The notes below the pieces were generated by a model that saw nothing but the letters and a program-made list of their open reading frames with translations, was not told the DNA's origin and made no database searches. This document shows positions 1 to 12,420 of a stretch of 20,000 bases of DNA, piece by piece. The number at the start of each line of letters is the position of its first letter. The stretch's first letter is position 1. Position numbers and translations under genes: made by a program. This DNA is from Chiloscyllium plagiosum (Eukaryota), in assembly GCF_004010195.1 (NCBI RefSeq), contig NC_057718.1, positions 77,184,922-77,204,921 of the forward strand, given 5' to 3'.

Positions 1-978
1 ATCCTGACTTCCCCATTACCTGACCTAAACCCATTTATTGTCAATTAAAATTCTGCCCAGCATGCATCTGAAAGATATGTGCTTGGATGAATGATAATCA
101 CTTTAGTTTACAGGCCTTATGGAGAAATCCTGACATATACGATCGGAAACATCCCCCTTCTGCTTCCTTTGATAAGATTTAGCTGAGTAAGAAGGTTTAA
201 AACAGGAGACCTGAGGTGAAATGGAACTGGGAGTTAAAAAATATGAGGTAATAATCTTGCAGTTAAAATGGTTAGGTAATGCAAACACCTCACAAAAAGA
301 GTCAGGATTTGTATTTATTATGTTTTCCATTTTTTGGTGAAAGAAATAAATGACTTTTGGTTTGACTATTACTCTGTATGTTCTGTTGCTATTTAATAAA
401 GCAGCTGAACAGTTCATTCCAGACTTGTTTCACATATGGTTCTCAACTTTCTCTGATAGAAACTGGAGCAGTTGAGTACAAGTGAAATGTGCTATATCTG
501 GTTCAGTTATATGTCCAGGTTATATGTACATATAATTAGATATTGGGTAGGACCAATATACTTCTGAATATGGAGCATTTAGACCACTTACAAGAGTAAC
601 AAGCATCATTTTGAGAGAACATCCAGAGGATATTCAAAATCAGTAACATTTACCTCAAATATGATATCAAGTCCACATAAATATCTGAGAAAATAGAAAT
701 ACTGATGGTCATAAAATTCTTAATTTAGAAATAATCTAAGAAATAGTAGTCAAAATTTAGATGTGGTTTAAAAAATGGCTAAAAGGTTTTAAAGCAGCTA
801 TTTTCAGGTTGTTATCTATTTCTAGTGATGAATAATGTCAGAACAATGGAAGATAGTTCCAATAAATCTGACTTCATAACAAAGGTTTCAGTGCAGGAAT
901 AGCATAGAGAAGTTACAGAATCAGAAAAAGACTGGAGAGAATATTGCTGAGAAAAAGAGACATGCTATCAAAATGTTT

Positions 979-1285
979 TGATTACATTAGATTACTTACA
1001 GTGTGGAAACAGGCCCTTTGGCCCAACAAGTCCACACCGACCCGCCGAAGCGTAATCCACCCAGACACATTCCCCAACATTTACCCCTTCACTTAACACT
1101 ACGGGCAATTTAGCATGGCCCTAACCTGCATATTTTTGGATTGTGGGAGGAAACCGGAGCACCCGGAGGAAACCCACGCAAACAATGTGCAAACTCCACA
1201 CAGAGAGTCACCTGAGGCTGGAATTGAACCCGGGTCTCTGGCACTGTGAGGCAGCAGTGCTAATCACTATGCCACCGTGCCGCCC
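979..1285 (-). mobile_element. tRNA-derived SINE, HE1/V-SINE-like (elasmobranch), near full length
   Basis: Minus strand reads GGGCGGCACGGTGGCATAGTGATTAGCACTGCTGCCTCAC...GGGTTCAATTCCAGCC (Pol III A and B boxes), then a central GGGTTTCCTCCGGGTGCTCCGGTTTCCTCCCACAATCCAAAA domain, then a CR1-like tail ending in (TCTAA)-type repeats. Homologous copies at 1401-1529 and 5399-5708. Confidence 0.88.
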
Positions 1286-1400
1286 AAATATTTGTTTAAA
1301 TGTTCCACTGTTCATTTATTAATCTTCCCATTAATCTATTTTCACATTAGATACTCTTTCTTCATTCCTCTGTAAATGCCCTTGTTTGAGTTGTGGTTAT

Positions 1401-1529
1401 TGATTAGATTACTTACAGTGTGGAAACAGGCCTTTCAGCCCAACAAATCTACACCAACCCTCCGAAGAACAACCCACCCAGACCTATTCCCTTACATTTT
1501 ACCCCTTCACCTAACACTACGGGCAATTT
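1401..1529 (-). mobile_element. 5'-truncated copy of the same SINE (3' tail only)
   Basis: Colinear with 985-1110 (attagattacttacagtgtggaaacaggcc...accccttcacctaacactacgggcaattt) and lacks the tRNA-like head. Confidence 0.85.
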
Positions 1530-2769
1530 GTCTACTTGCCAACAAATTAGCACCCTTTTCTCACATAATATAAATTCTTGTTCCCTTTGAAATTTGGTAT
1601 TTTTGCAATTCTGTCCAGATTAATAAAAAAATGAAAAGCTTCAGTGGTTTATTTTTTTTACAGAAATACAACATTTTTTGTTGGAGCAAGTCATAATTGG
1701 AAAATATGACAGTAAACATTTGCAAAGGATCACATTTTGCAACAAGCTAAATCCTTATTTAATGTGTAACAATTGCATTGTTGTGACCATTACTAGTTTC
1801 CTTTTATTTTTTTCTCATTTTCGGTTTGGAACTGAGTTGCATTTGAGAATAGAACTTTGAATTTTGAACAGCAGCTTGTTTCGATAAAGAACAGAGCACA
1901 AAAAACAGATGTTTTCCTGGAAACATAATGCAGGTTGATTACTGTACTAAGGACACTAGATGATTCAGCACAAGATGTTATGCTAAAGGACTGGTTAGAT
2001 GTTGAATTTCTCAATCAAGGGAGGACTGGTACTGACTAGCCAATTACAGAAAATGTTGAAGAAGAATGGAAGACAAGGAATGAACTGGCTCTACTTGAGT
2101 TTTTGAGCAAGAAGCAGTTTTTTTTTAGAAACTGCTAAACCGGAAAGCAGTTTTTTTTTAGTTTTGCTCTTTCTCACCATCATTGACTTGTTGAAAGTCC
2201 TGAGGAAAGAACTCTATAAGAAGTAAGTATAATATCTCAAGAAATCTGCAGAAGCTGTTTGCATTGACTGGTGACTCTGGAATTCACCAGTCTATAAGAC
2301 TGTAAGACATACAATTCTGTGCACCTTTACAAGGGATTTCATAAAGACCAAATGTGCATCATTGAAACAACTATAAAACTATCAAATTATAAATCTTTTA
2401 TTTTCTTCTACTAATTTCTTAACTGTGTCTGTCCATCTGTGTGTGAGTGGGCTATATATTCAAAGAGATTTGGAGATCATAGATATTAATTAGGTTGCCT
2501 TGTTCATCTGTGTTCTACTATAATTTATTAAGACTACATTGTTGATTTTTTTCAAGTTAAAAACTTGGTATCATGTATCTGTTATTTGTAAAGTCTGATT
2601 AGGCGCAATAAAGCAATTTTGAGGGTCATTAAATATTCTAACGTCACTCTGTTACAAATCCAGTGATAAAAATGCTGATTTGGTCTGGTTTGCTATCTTT
2701 ATATTGTATCAGCATCATAGCGTTTCTTTGAATCTAATGCAAAAACAAATCTTTTTGGTTGTTCTACAG

Positions 2770-4378
2770 GATATTAATGAAGTGAAGGTGGCTCCAAAAA
2801 AGACTTTCCTGAAGCGTGGAGAAGGCATTGCACGCTTTGAGAAGAACAAAGAAAATATCCTCAAGGAAGAAAACAGGAGTCCAGTTTGCAAATCCACCAA
2901 ACAATTTCCTAAAAAAGTTAGTTTTAGCAGTCAACACCGATTTTCCTTACCCTTGCTCAATGAGAATAAAAAACATCAGAACAAAAAGCAATTAATTTCA
3001 AAAAAACAAGTTGATAGTTCAGAACTTGTGGAATCAAAAGCAATGAAGTCTGTCTGTATTGATAACTCCCTGGAAGAGACCAAAATAAAGGATCACACAT
3101 TGAAAGAAAAACTGGACGAAATCAAGAATAGTACAGATGAGGGTATTCAAAGTGACATAAACGTAGCAGAACCACCAATCAAAGTTGAATCGCCTCATAA
3201 ATACTCTGACAGAAGGAAGAGTGGATGCCACCATGTTCAGCAGGACAGTCAAGAAGAGGATATTACCACTCTAGAGGAATCCCAAGGAAGAACTAGTAAA
3301 GGAAGTTTAAACATAAATGCTCTAGAAAATCAGCACTTAATTGGAGTTGATTTACAATTAAAGAATTGCCCAAATAGTTTTTCCCATGAAAGCATGGAGA
3401 GGCAGAACCAAGGCCAACAAATTGGACAGATTAAGATGAACCAGCTACAGGAATCTTCAAATGAACAGCCATATTTCAATAAGGTTTCTCATCTGGAATG
3501 CTTAAGTAATAAGAGAACAGAAAATATAGACCAGACGACCAATCTGGACCAACAGCAGGCAGAGAAAGCCCAAAATGAAGATATAGCCAGTAACACAGAT
3601 TCCAAAAAGTTGCTGGACAGAATAAGTCCAAGCATAGGCTTTAAAAGAATAAATGACAAAATAATTCAAGTTGCTACTGATGGTTTACTGTGCCAGAGTG
3701 CAAATTTCAGAAACCAGCAAATAAAAGATCATGACATGGATAGTTTTAGAACTACGGGATTGGTACCACTCGCGAATAATGAACATAGTCTGGGCTTTGT
3801 TTTAAAGAACAACAGTCTAAGTTGTGGTGCATCAAATGCTGAAACAGACAGTACTGACAATGAGGATGTTTGTCCAAAATCTCAGTACCACACACACCCT
3901 ATGAAAGAAATTCTACAAACTTCTGGTCAGACTGACAAAAACTTAGACTTGTCAGATGATGTGGACTATGCGAGTGATGCCCCAAGTGAAATAGAAGAAA
4001 CAAGTACAAGAGTTCAAACTTCTCAGCATTCTATATACTGTAGGTCAAAATCTGGAAAGTCTACTGTGAAACATAATGCACTGAGCAGCACCAGTAGCAG
4101 TGAAAATGAAACTTTAGAGCTCAAGACAAATGAAAGGAGATTTCATTTTCCAAATAACAGGCCAACAAGAAATAAAAACAAGGTTATGAGAAGGAAGGCA
4201 AACTTTGTAAAAAAATGTGGCAGTAGTTTTACGAACACTCAAACTTGTGATTCTAAAGAACCAGATCTGATGCAACTTTCTACTTCTGGTCAGTCAGCAG
4301 TACTTCATTCTCAACCAAAGATGTCAAGAAATTCTGACCTTCCAGCGCAGATGAACTCAAGCAGTGCAAATATTCAAG
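2770..4378 (+). CDS. Large internal coding exon of a centromere protein J (CENPJ/CPAP/SAS-4)-family gene
   Basis: Lies within the 570-aa ORF 2680-4392. Acceptor ttttggttgttctacAG|G (exon starts 2770, phase 0, DINEVKVAPKK...). Donor CAAG|GTATGT (exon ends 4378, phase 1). Contains PKKTFLKRGEGIARF, which resembles the CENPJ PN2-3 tubulin-binding motif (recalled as PKQPFLKRGEGLARF), and LDLSDDVDYASD, which resembles a CENPJ acidic motif. The rest is low-complexity S/E/K/N/Q-rich sequence, likely disordered. Symbol left blank because ortholog versus paralog is unresolved. Confidence 0.88.
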
Positions 4379-4973
4379 GTATGTATCTGTGAAGTGAAAT
4401 TATTCAAATTCACACTCGAGCTGTGCAACTACAATTCATAATTTTGCTCATTTTAGCAAGTAGAGTATGGTGGAATGTATATAGGAAGTTCTGTTGTTGG
4501 AAGAGAATCTTTGAGGAGTGAGGAAGATATATTCTGATGTACTGCTTATAACTTTGATTAAAGATTGATCGAAACTCTGAGCACTTAATACAAATAATCC
4601 TGCTTACACCACTTGACTGCTGCAACTTGGTGATGATGACCTTGATAACTCTCAAACAAGCAGAATTGCAGATAAACAAATTGTGGTCATTGCTAAAAGC
4701 GACCTATTCTGATACACACTATGGTATTTAAATGGGTTTATGTATAAAGTCATTCTCAAGTAAAGTCTTTGAAAGATTAAAAGGAGAAAAAACATGACTA
4801 TATTGCTGTACCATTCCTTTGTAGTAATTAATCTCCCGTGACGTTGCATACAGGCAAAAAAAGAAAAGTATGTGTGCACTAAATATGTTATATTTTGCCA
4901 ATGCCATAAATAGTTGCAATAATTTTATAATAAGCAAGGAAAAAAATGCCAAAACAAGTCCTTCCTTATTAAT

Positions 4974-5090
4974 GGGAGAACGCTGGTAAGTGGAGCTGAA
5001 ATGCGCATCAGCCATGATTGAATGGCGGAGTGGACTCGATGGGCCGAATGGCCTTACTTCCACTCCTATGTCTTATGGTTTTATGGTCTT
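4974..5090 (+). mobile_element. CR1 LINE 3'-terminal fragment
   Basis: atcagccatgattgaatggcggagtggactcgatgggccgaatggccttacttccactcctatgtc followed by short terminal repeats (ttatggtt/ttatggtctta), as typical of a CR1 3' UTR end. Confidence 0.7.
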
Positions 5091-5398
5091 AATGTATCAG
5101 CACTGCCAAGTAATGCTACGTGTCTCTTTGTCAGAAGGTTGTTGGTTTAAACCTCACACGAGATTCTTTAAAACATAAAGGTAGAGTTTCAGTTTTGGAT
5201 TTAGTCATTAATTCCAAAACAAATTGCCAATTTTGCAATTCGTTTACAGTAACTTCAATGAACCAACAGGCTTGGGTGATGTTTTAATTTTTTTTGTACT
5301 GTTCTTGTAATATTTAAGAATGCTAACTTGGTACAGATTGAGTAGCTAGAATGGCTTGATCACAAAAAACAATAATTTTAGTAATGCTTTCTGCCTCT

Positions 5399-5708
5399 TT
5401 AGATTAGATTCCCTACAGTGTGGAAACAGGCCCTTCGGCCCAACCAGTCCACAGCAACCTTCCGAAGAGTAACCCACCCAGCCCCATTTCCCTCTGACTA
5501 GAGCACCTAGCACTATGGGCAATTTAGCCTAGCCAATTCACCTAACCTGCACATCTTTGGACTGTGGGAGGAAACTGGAGCACCTAGAGGGGACCCACGC
5601 AGACACGGGGAGAACGTGCAAACTCCACACAGCCCGAGGCTGGAATCGAACCTGGGACCCTGGTTGTGTGAAGCAACAGTGCTAACCACTGAGCCACCAT
5701 GCCACCCC
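5399..5708 (-). mobile_element. tRNA-derived SINE, HE1/V-SINE-like, full length
   Basis: Minus strand GGGGTGGCATGGTGGCTCAGTGGTTAGCACTG (A box)...AGGTTCGATTCCAGCC (B box). Colinear with 979-1285 and ends in TCTAATCTAA. Confidence 0.9.
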
Positions 5709-6044
5709 AAAATTTGAGAAAGCCTACATGCCTTGCTGTAATTGTAATAAGCATTTTCAAGGTAGATTGGGGTAAAGTAGTTCCTTATTTTTTAAAAACA
5801 TTCATTTTGACAGTAGTTGGTAATGTTCTTGCATCCTAAAGTTCCAATTTAATTATTGGATCATCCTTGAAAGCCTACAAATCAATAGAAACTTCTAGTG
5901 ATGAGTAATTCATCTTAGAGTCAGTGTTTCTTTTAAAATGTAGCTGTTGCACGCGGCTAGTTTTTTCAATGTGTGATCCCATCAGATTTATCTATCCTGG
6001 TCAAAACTTATCAAGTTATGTGTGTTGTCTAAACCAGCACAATT

Positions 6045-6365
6045 ATGTGGACACTCCAGGCCATATCTTAGTTCAGTGAGATACTGAAGGAGTATTGCAG
6101 TGTTGGAAGTGCCTATGTTTGGATGAGATATTGAACTCATGCCCTTCCAGATGGATGTAAATGAAATGCTAGCATAATTTGAAGAAGAGCAATGGAGCTC
6201 TTCCTAGTGTATTGGCCAATATTTAGCCCTGACCCAGTAACACAAGGGTGGACATTATCTCATTTCTGTTTTCTGTTAGATTTTGCTGTGCTCAAGTTGG
6301 CAGATACATTTCCCTTATTACAATAATGATTACAATTCAAACGTATTTCAGTCTGTAAAGCAATT
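6045..6365 (+). mobile_element. Old degraded Deu-domain SINE (SacSINE1/AmnSINE1-like)
   Basis: Ordered matches to the recalled Deu-domain consensus: tactgaagggagtattgcagtgttggaagtgcc...ggatgagat...gatggatgtaaa...tttgaagaagagca...gtgtattggccaatattta...ttgctgtgctcaagttggc...attacaataatgattacaattcaaa...ctgtaaagc. Confidence 0.65.
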
Positions 6366-6917
6366 AAGGTTAAGTTAAAACAGATCTCTGACATCTTGGT
6401 GATGTTATCCCTTTCTAAGATCATGTCGTTATCATAGACCAGTGTACTGTAATCACCATAAAGGGTGGAGAAGAGGAGACAGAAAAGAGATGTGAAGGAA
6501 GGTAAGAGAATAGGAAGAGAAGAATAAAAATGTTGGTTGAAATGAGTGTATAGAAAGACGAAGAGTAGAAAGGTTAAAAAAAAAGCAGAGGAAAAGGGGA
6601 AGAAGATGATGGAGAAAGGGAGAGGAGGGAAAATAACTGTCCTCCAAAAGCCTTAGAATGTAATTTCATCTCCTAAATTTATACTTATCTTTTCTACAGT
6701 TATTTGTTGAATAATCCTTGTAATCCAATTTCCACCCCTGCCCATGCAATTAAATGGCTGTAATGAAAGTCAGAAATGATACTGTCTGATACTTGTCAGT
6801 GCCTCCCAAATCAACTTGATCGCATTCTTCAGCATGATTGACCCTGCACCATTCCCTTTTAGTTTGGAATCCAACTAGGTGGGAATACTATCCTTATCTA
6901 GTTTCTCCCTTACATAT

Positions 6918-7038
6918 GTTTGGAGGAGTATGGGCCAAGCACAGACAGTCAGACTAGTTTAGTTTGGGATTATGGTCAGCATGGACTGGTTGGACTGAAG
7001 GGTCTGTTTCCCTGCTGTATGACTCCATGATTCTATGA
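6918..7038 (+). mobile_element. CR1 (HER1-like) LINE 3'-terminal fragment
   Basis: tatgggccaag...gactagtttagtttgggattatggtcagcatggactggttggactgaagggtctgtttccctgctgtatgactccatgattctatga: a CR1 3' UTR with degenerate terminal octamer repeats. Confidence 0.75.
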
Positions 7039-7206
7039 ATATCCAGCCTCTACTTCTGAATTCCAAAAAGATCTATGCTCGTCTCCTTCTCATTTCACAT
7101 TTATGTGTTTTCCTCTAGTGGCATTAACTGGATCCACAACTTTGGATTCTATATTCACCAAACTGATTCAACCTCTTTATAATCTCTGATTTTGCAAACA
7201 AACAAA

Positions 7207-8765
7207 ATAAACTAAATTAGCCCCTCTTGCCTGCATTTGGCCCATATCCATCTAAACGTTTCCTATTCATGGACCCATCCAAATGTTTTTAAATGGTTTA
7301 ACTGTACTTGCATCCACCACTTCCTCTGGCAGTTCATTCGACACATGAACCACCATCTGTGTAAAAAAAAAAGGGGCCCTCAAGTCCCTTCTAAATCTTT
7401 CTCCACTCACCTTAAAAATATGCACCCTTGTTTTGAACTCCCCACTCTAAGGAAAAGACCTTTGCTGTTCACCTTAGCTATGCCTCTCGTGATTTTATAA
7501 ACCTCTATAAAATCATCCCTCAACTCCCAAACTCCTGTGAAAAAAGTCCCAACCTATCCAGCCTCTCCTTATAATTCAAACCCTCCAGTCCCAGCAACAT
7601 TCTGATGAGTTTTTTCTGAACCCTCATAATATCCTTCCTATAGCAGGGCAACCAGAACTGTACACAATACTCCAAAAGTGGCCTCACCAACATCCTGTAC
7701 AATCTTAACATGATGTTCCAAATCCTATACTGCATTCTCAAGCAATGAAGGCAAGAGTGCTAACTGCCTTCTTAACCAATCTGTTTACCTGTGACACAAC
7801 TTTCAAAGAACTATATACATGAACTCCTAGGTCTCTCTGTTCTGCAACACCACCCAGGGCCCTACCATTAATTGTATAAATCCTGCCCTTGTTCACTTTA
7901 CCAAAATGCAATACCCCACATTTATCCAAATTAAACTCTATCTGCTTCTCCTCAGCCTATTGGCCCAAAACATCAAGATTCATTTGTAATCTTAGATAAC
8001 CTTATTTACTGTCGACTATGCCATCTATTTTGGTGACATCTGCAAACTTACTAACTTCTTCCTAAATTCTCATCCAAATTGTTTAATAAATGACAAACAA
8101 CAGTGGACCCAACACTGATCTTTATGGAACATAAGCCTTCAGTCCAAAAAAACGACCCTCCACTACTACCCTCTGTCTCCCACTGTCAAGCTAATTTAAG
8201 CTCTCCCCGAAACCCATATAAACTAATTTTACTGATCAGTCTACCATGTGGAATCTTGTTAAAGGTTTTACTAAAGTCCATGTAGACAATGTCTGCTGCT
8301 CTGCTCTCATCAATATTTTTTGGTTACATCTTCAAAAAACTCAATCAGGTTGTGAGACACAATTTCTCATGCACAAAGCTATGCTGACTATCCCTAATCA
8401 GACCTTGCCTTTCCAAATGGATGTAAATCCTATCTCTCAGAATCCCCTCCAACAACTTAGATGCTAGACTCACCAGTCTATAGTCTCTAGTCTTCTCCTT
8501 GCAGCCTTATAAAATAAAGCACAACAGTAGCCATCCTCCAGTCCTATGGCACCTCACCCATGTCTATAGGTGATACAAATGTCTCTGCTAGGAGCCTCGC
8601 AATTTCTTCCCTAACTTGCCACAACATCCTGGGATACGTTTGATCAAGTCCTGGACATTCATCCACCTTATGTTTTTTAAGACTCCAGCACCTCATCTTT
8701 TGTAATGTGGACTACTTTCAAGGCATAAATATTTATTTCCCTGAGTTTCCTAGCCTCTATGTCTT
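7207..8765 (-). mobile_element. CR1 LINE fragment, ORF2 reverse transcriptase and C-terminus (pseudogenised)
   Basis: Minus-strand peptides IVYMDFSKTF (~8261-8290), KFADVTK (degenerate FADDTK, ~8029-8050), KCGVLHFG..QRDLGVHV (7738-7929) and LYRMLVRPLLEYCVQFW...YKERLDRLGLFS (7520-7741). Frameshifts and stops present. Confidence 0.92.
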
Positions 8766-8780
8766 TCTCTACAATACGCT

Positions 8781-9310
8781 CTCTTTGACAAAGCCATGTT
8801 GACTCCTCTGATTTCCTTGAACTTATCAAAGTACACTGTTATAATGTTTTTAATAATATTCTAACATTTTCCTATAACAGATGTTAAGCTAAAAGGCCTG
8901 TACCTTCTTGTATTTTTCCTCCCTTCATTTTTGAACAACGGGGTTACGTTAGCGGTTTTCCAAACTAAAGGAATCTTTTCAATCCAAATTTTGGAAAATT
9001 AAAACCAATTTATCAAATGTCACACTAGCTACTTCTTTTAAGGATGTGGGGATTTATCAACTTGCAGTTCCAACTATTTACTCAGTACCACCTCTGTAGC
9101 AATTGTAAATTTCTTGAGTACCTCCTTCCCTCCCTCCCTTATTTCCTTTCAATTCTTGGTTTATAGCTATTTCTGAAGTGGTATTTGCATCCTGTATAGT
9201 TAAGAGTGGTGAAAACTATCTGTTCAGTCTATCTGTCATCTGTTTATTCTCCACTACTAAATTTCTGGAAATGTTTTTCTACTGGGCAAACACTTACTTT
9301 ATTAACTCTT
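8781..9310 (-). mobile_element. Older, highly degraded CR1 ORF2 fragment (pre-RT/RT N-terminal part)
   Basis: Minus strand resembles CR1 segments WK.ANVTPLFK.GGR....Y.P.SLTS and Q HGFVK (aaagccatgttgactc on +). Heavily mutated, so boundaries are approximate. Confidence 0.6.
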
Positions 9311-9339
9311 TTCCTTTAGATTTTATAGTAGTTGATATA

Positions 9340-9618
9340 ACTGAATGACTTTTGGCCATTCATAACTCAGTTTAGAGTCAACCATATTGCTATGGGTCAG
9401 GAGTTACATGTAAGCCAAATAAGGTAAGGACAACAGTTTCTTTCCTTCAAGGACATGAGTGAACCTGATTAGCTTTTACAACATTATTAGACTTTTAATT
9501 CTAGACTTTTTGCAATTGAATGCAAATTCCATCATCTGCTGTGTTATGATTTGACCCTGAATTCCCAGAACATTAATTGGGTTTCTAGATTACTAATCCA
9601 ACAACAATACCACTAGGT
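9340..9618 (-). mobile_element. Degraded tRNA-derived SINE of a second family
   Basis: Minus strand begins GACCTAGTGGTATTG (A-box-like)...AGGGTCAAATC (B-box-like)...GAAGGAAAGAAACTGTTGTCCTTACCTTATTTGGCTTACATGTAACTCCTGACCCATAGCAATATGGTTGACTCTAAACTG. Resembles a common chondrichthyan SINE body (recalled; family name uncertain). Confidence 0.55.
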
Positions 9619-10184
9619 CTCTGATGTATCCACAAGAAAGAGACCTCACTCTCTTAGGTGAGCTTCTCAATAACTTGCAGCTATACCTGCTTTGTTACAG
9701 AGACATCTCTCTCACATGTGCTGGGAAAGCATCTGCCTGCAGGCCCTTTAAGGTTATAAAATGACCTCCCGAGTACCAATGTGGTATTTAGTTGGGACGT
9801 TCTTTCATCTTTGAGACTCCAAAATTGAAGTGTGTTCTGACAGTTGTGGCATGCATCCTTCTGATCCATGTTCAGTTCCTTTTAGTTACCGAGGTTTGAA
9901 CAGTTAAGTGTGGTTCATCATTGTATCTATCTGCCCCTGTTGGTCAGGAAATCCAGAAACAGTAAACTAATTCAGTAGCTGAGTTAAAAAGCTACATTAA
10001 AGCCCATTCTACTCATGTTCGCCTTTTTAACCCAGTGCCACCTACCCTCTATGTGAACATGTTCATTAGTTAAAATTTTTACAATTATCTTCACTCTCCG
10101 CCCTCTGCTCTGTCCTCCCTTCTGGCTGTTGTTTGAGAGAGCAGATGGGACCTCAGTTATATATGATCTTTATTATTGTTTAGA

Positions 10185-11050
10185 TTAAGGGCTGTTATAT
10201 TTGCTAATGGTACAAATACAGTCGGAGAGGAGTTGTGACGAAAATATAAAGAGTCTGCAAAATAAATAGATAGGTAAAGTGAGTGAGCAAAAAAAAATGG
10301 AATGTGATGTAGGAAAATTAGAGATTGTCCACATTGATGGGAAGAATGGAAAGCAGATTATTGAATGAAGAGACTTCAGAATGTTTCTGCACAGAGGTAC
10401 TAGGTCACCTTGTACATGAATTACATAATGTTTGCATGTAGGTACTGCAAATAATTAGTAAAGCAAACTGAATGTTGGTCTTTATTGCAAGGGGATTAGA
10501 TTATAAAATTAAATCTGTTTTATCAGAACTGTACAGGACATTGTTGGAAAGCTGTGTATAATTTTGGTTGTTATACATAAGAAGAGATATACCTAAATTG
10601 AAGACAGGTAAGTAGGCTGATTTCTGAGAGAAAAGATTTGCTTTATGAAGAAAGGTTGAACATATTGGATTTAGTCTTTTTGAAGTTGGAAGATGCTTTT
10701 ATTAAAACAAATAAGATTCTGCAGGAGTTTGACAAGATGAATGCTGAGAGGATTCAAGTTCTCCCTTGTGTGGGAGCTTAGAACTAATGAGCTCAGTTTA
10801 ACATTAAGATGTTGGCCTGTTAAGAAGTAGAAGGAGAGAATTTTCTTCTTTCAGAAGTCTTTGAAATTCTGTTCCACTGCTAATACTGGAGACCGGATCT
10901 TTGAATCCTGAATTAGACACAATTTTGCTTTAAAGGAGTTGAGATTTGTTTGGGACAGCAAGAAAATGGAGTTAAAGTAACAATTAGATTAGACATAAAT
11001 TATTGCATGGGGAATGGGGTTGAGGAATTGAATTAATCCCCCTCTATTTT
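10185..11050 (+). mobile_element. Old degraded CR1 fragment (RT C-terminal half to 3' UTR)
   Basis: tttgctaatggtacaaa (degenerate FADDTK), then remnants of the LYR.LV and YEERL..LDL.F motifs (tatgaagaaaggttgaacatattggatttag) and a CR1-like 3' UTR near 10960-11050. Confidence 0.7.
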
Positions 11051-11689
11051 TAGTGATATCTGACTATTAATGTTTCATCTGGTAAATAGCTGTCTGTCAG
11101 TATTGCTCTGATATAGACAATTTAGAGTAGTGATATGTGTGGTCAAAATGTCTCAAGCATTGTTCCAACCTCCTGAACTTTACTAGCTGTCAGGAACACT
11201 TTCTCCATACTTTGTTCCTCACCACACCTGGAACTTAGAATCTATCTTATATGCTCACAACCCTCTAACTGTAAGTTTAGTGTTTCCCAATGCCATTCCA
11301 TTGTTCCTAGACAATGAGAATACCTTTCCCAATATCTGTGTGAATCCTATGCCTAGGATTCCTTTCCTAATAATTCGAGCATTTCTTAAAACTCCCTCTT
11401 CAGTGTTGTTGCAATCTGGGATTCTCTCCCGCATTTCTGGAGCCTGCCATAAAGTATTGGTATGACTGCCAACACTGCATGATCCCAGGACAATCTTTAA
11501 AGCTAGTGAATCAGTTTGCCGGTAATACTACATAGCACAACAATTCTATGCATTAAAAAAAAAATCACTGATTTACCATGAGCAATGACATAAGATGTAA
11601 TAATACTTTAAAAACTTTTATTTTCAGACACTACGTTTCTACTTTCGCCATTAAAACTTGCTACTTTCACATTTATAATGGAATAAAGA

Positions 11690-12420
11690 AGAGAGTAGCC
11701 AATATAGATATATATGCCATAGACCAGATAAATTATTATGGAGACTGAAGAAATGGCAGAGACATTGAACAAATATATCTGTTTTCATAATAGAAAATTG
11801 AGGATTACTTACTAGAAATAAAACAATGGTAACAATGGTAACAATTGGCTGGTAACAATGATGAAATTAGGATAATTACTGGCAGCAGAAAAAGTATACT
11901 GAAAATAATTTGAGTGATTAAAATCTGCCAAACTCCCAGGACCTTATAATCTATGCATTCAGGTTCTAAAAGAAACAGTAGCAGAGACAGTAGATGCACA
12001 GGCTAATACTTTAGAAAAAAATCCAGATTCTGGACTAGTCTGTGCAGATTGGAAGTTAGCAAATTTAGTGCAGCTATTCAAGAATGGAGGAAGAAAGAAA
12101 ACAAGGGAACTATAGGTCAATTAGGGTGACATCAGTCATTGGGAAGATGCTGGAATTATTTATTGGAGAAAACTTAACAATGCAAAGTGTGATTAGCTCA
12201 AATAGCAAATTTGACATATTTATTAGTTTTCTGGGGGGATAAAAATAATGGAATTAATAAAAGGAAGTCTATGGATGTGGTTTACTTGGATTTCAAAAAG
12301 AAAATTGGTGAGGTACCCTAAAAAAGGTTAACACAAGATAACGATTTGTACACTTGAAAGTTTTAAATTAGTATGAATAGAGGATTTGTTGATAGAAAGT
12401 AGGAAGCCAGGACATTTACA
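11690..12420 (+). mobile_element. Old degraded CR1 ORF2 fragment (tether to RT start)
   Basis: EEMAETLNKY (gaagaaatggcagagacattgaacaaatat), DWKLANL..LFKNG, NYR...TSVIGKMLE and MDVVYLDFKK (gatgtggtttacttggatttcaaaaag). Confidence 0.75.

Noticed and set aside
2000..2665. Possible decayed solo LTR upstream of the large exon
   Set aside because: Only a compositional impression. No second LTR, PBS/PPT, clear TG...CA boundaries or TSD could be established.
1..2769. Candidate upstream CENPJ-like exons (acceptor-like sites near 113, 1663 and 2049)
   Set aside because: The frames hit stops or lack a suitable phase-0 donor, and the peptides do not resemble the expected upstream CENPJ sequence. The previous exon is probably outside the window.
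2680..4392. 570-aa ORF as a standalone single-exon gene
   Set aside because: It starts at a non-ATG codon (TTG). The first 30 codons read through a T-rich splice-acceptor region, and a consensus donor sits 4 codons before the stop. It is better explained as an internal exon.
979..5708. tRNA genes suggested by A/B boxes at ~1215-1285 and ~5640-5708
   Set aside because: They are heads of multi-copy SINEs continuing into a SINE body and LINE-like tail, with no complete cloverleaf.
6455..6635. Purine-rich tract and the 64-aa F/L/S-rich minus-strand ORF
   Set aside because: Low-complexity GA-rich sequence. The ORF is a compositional artefact.
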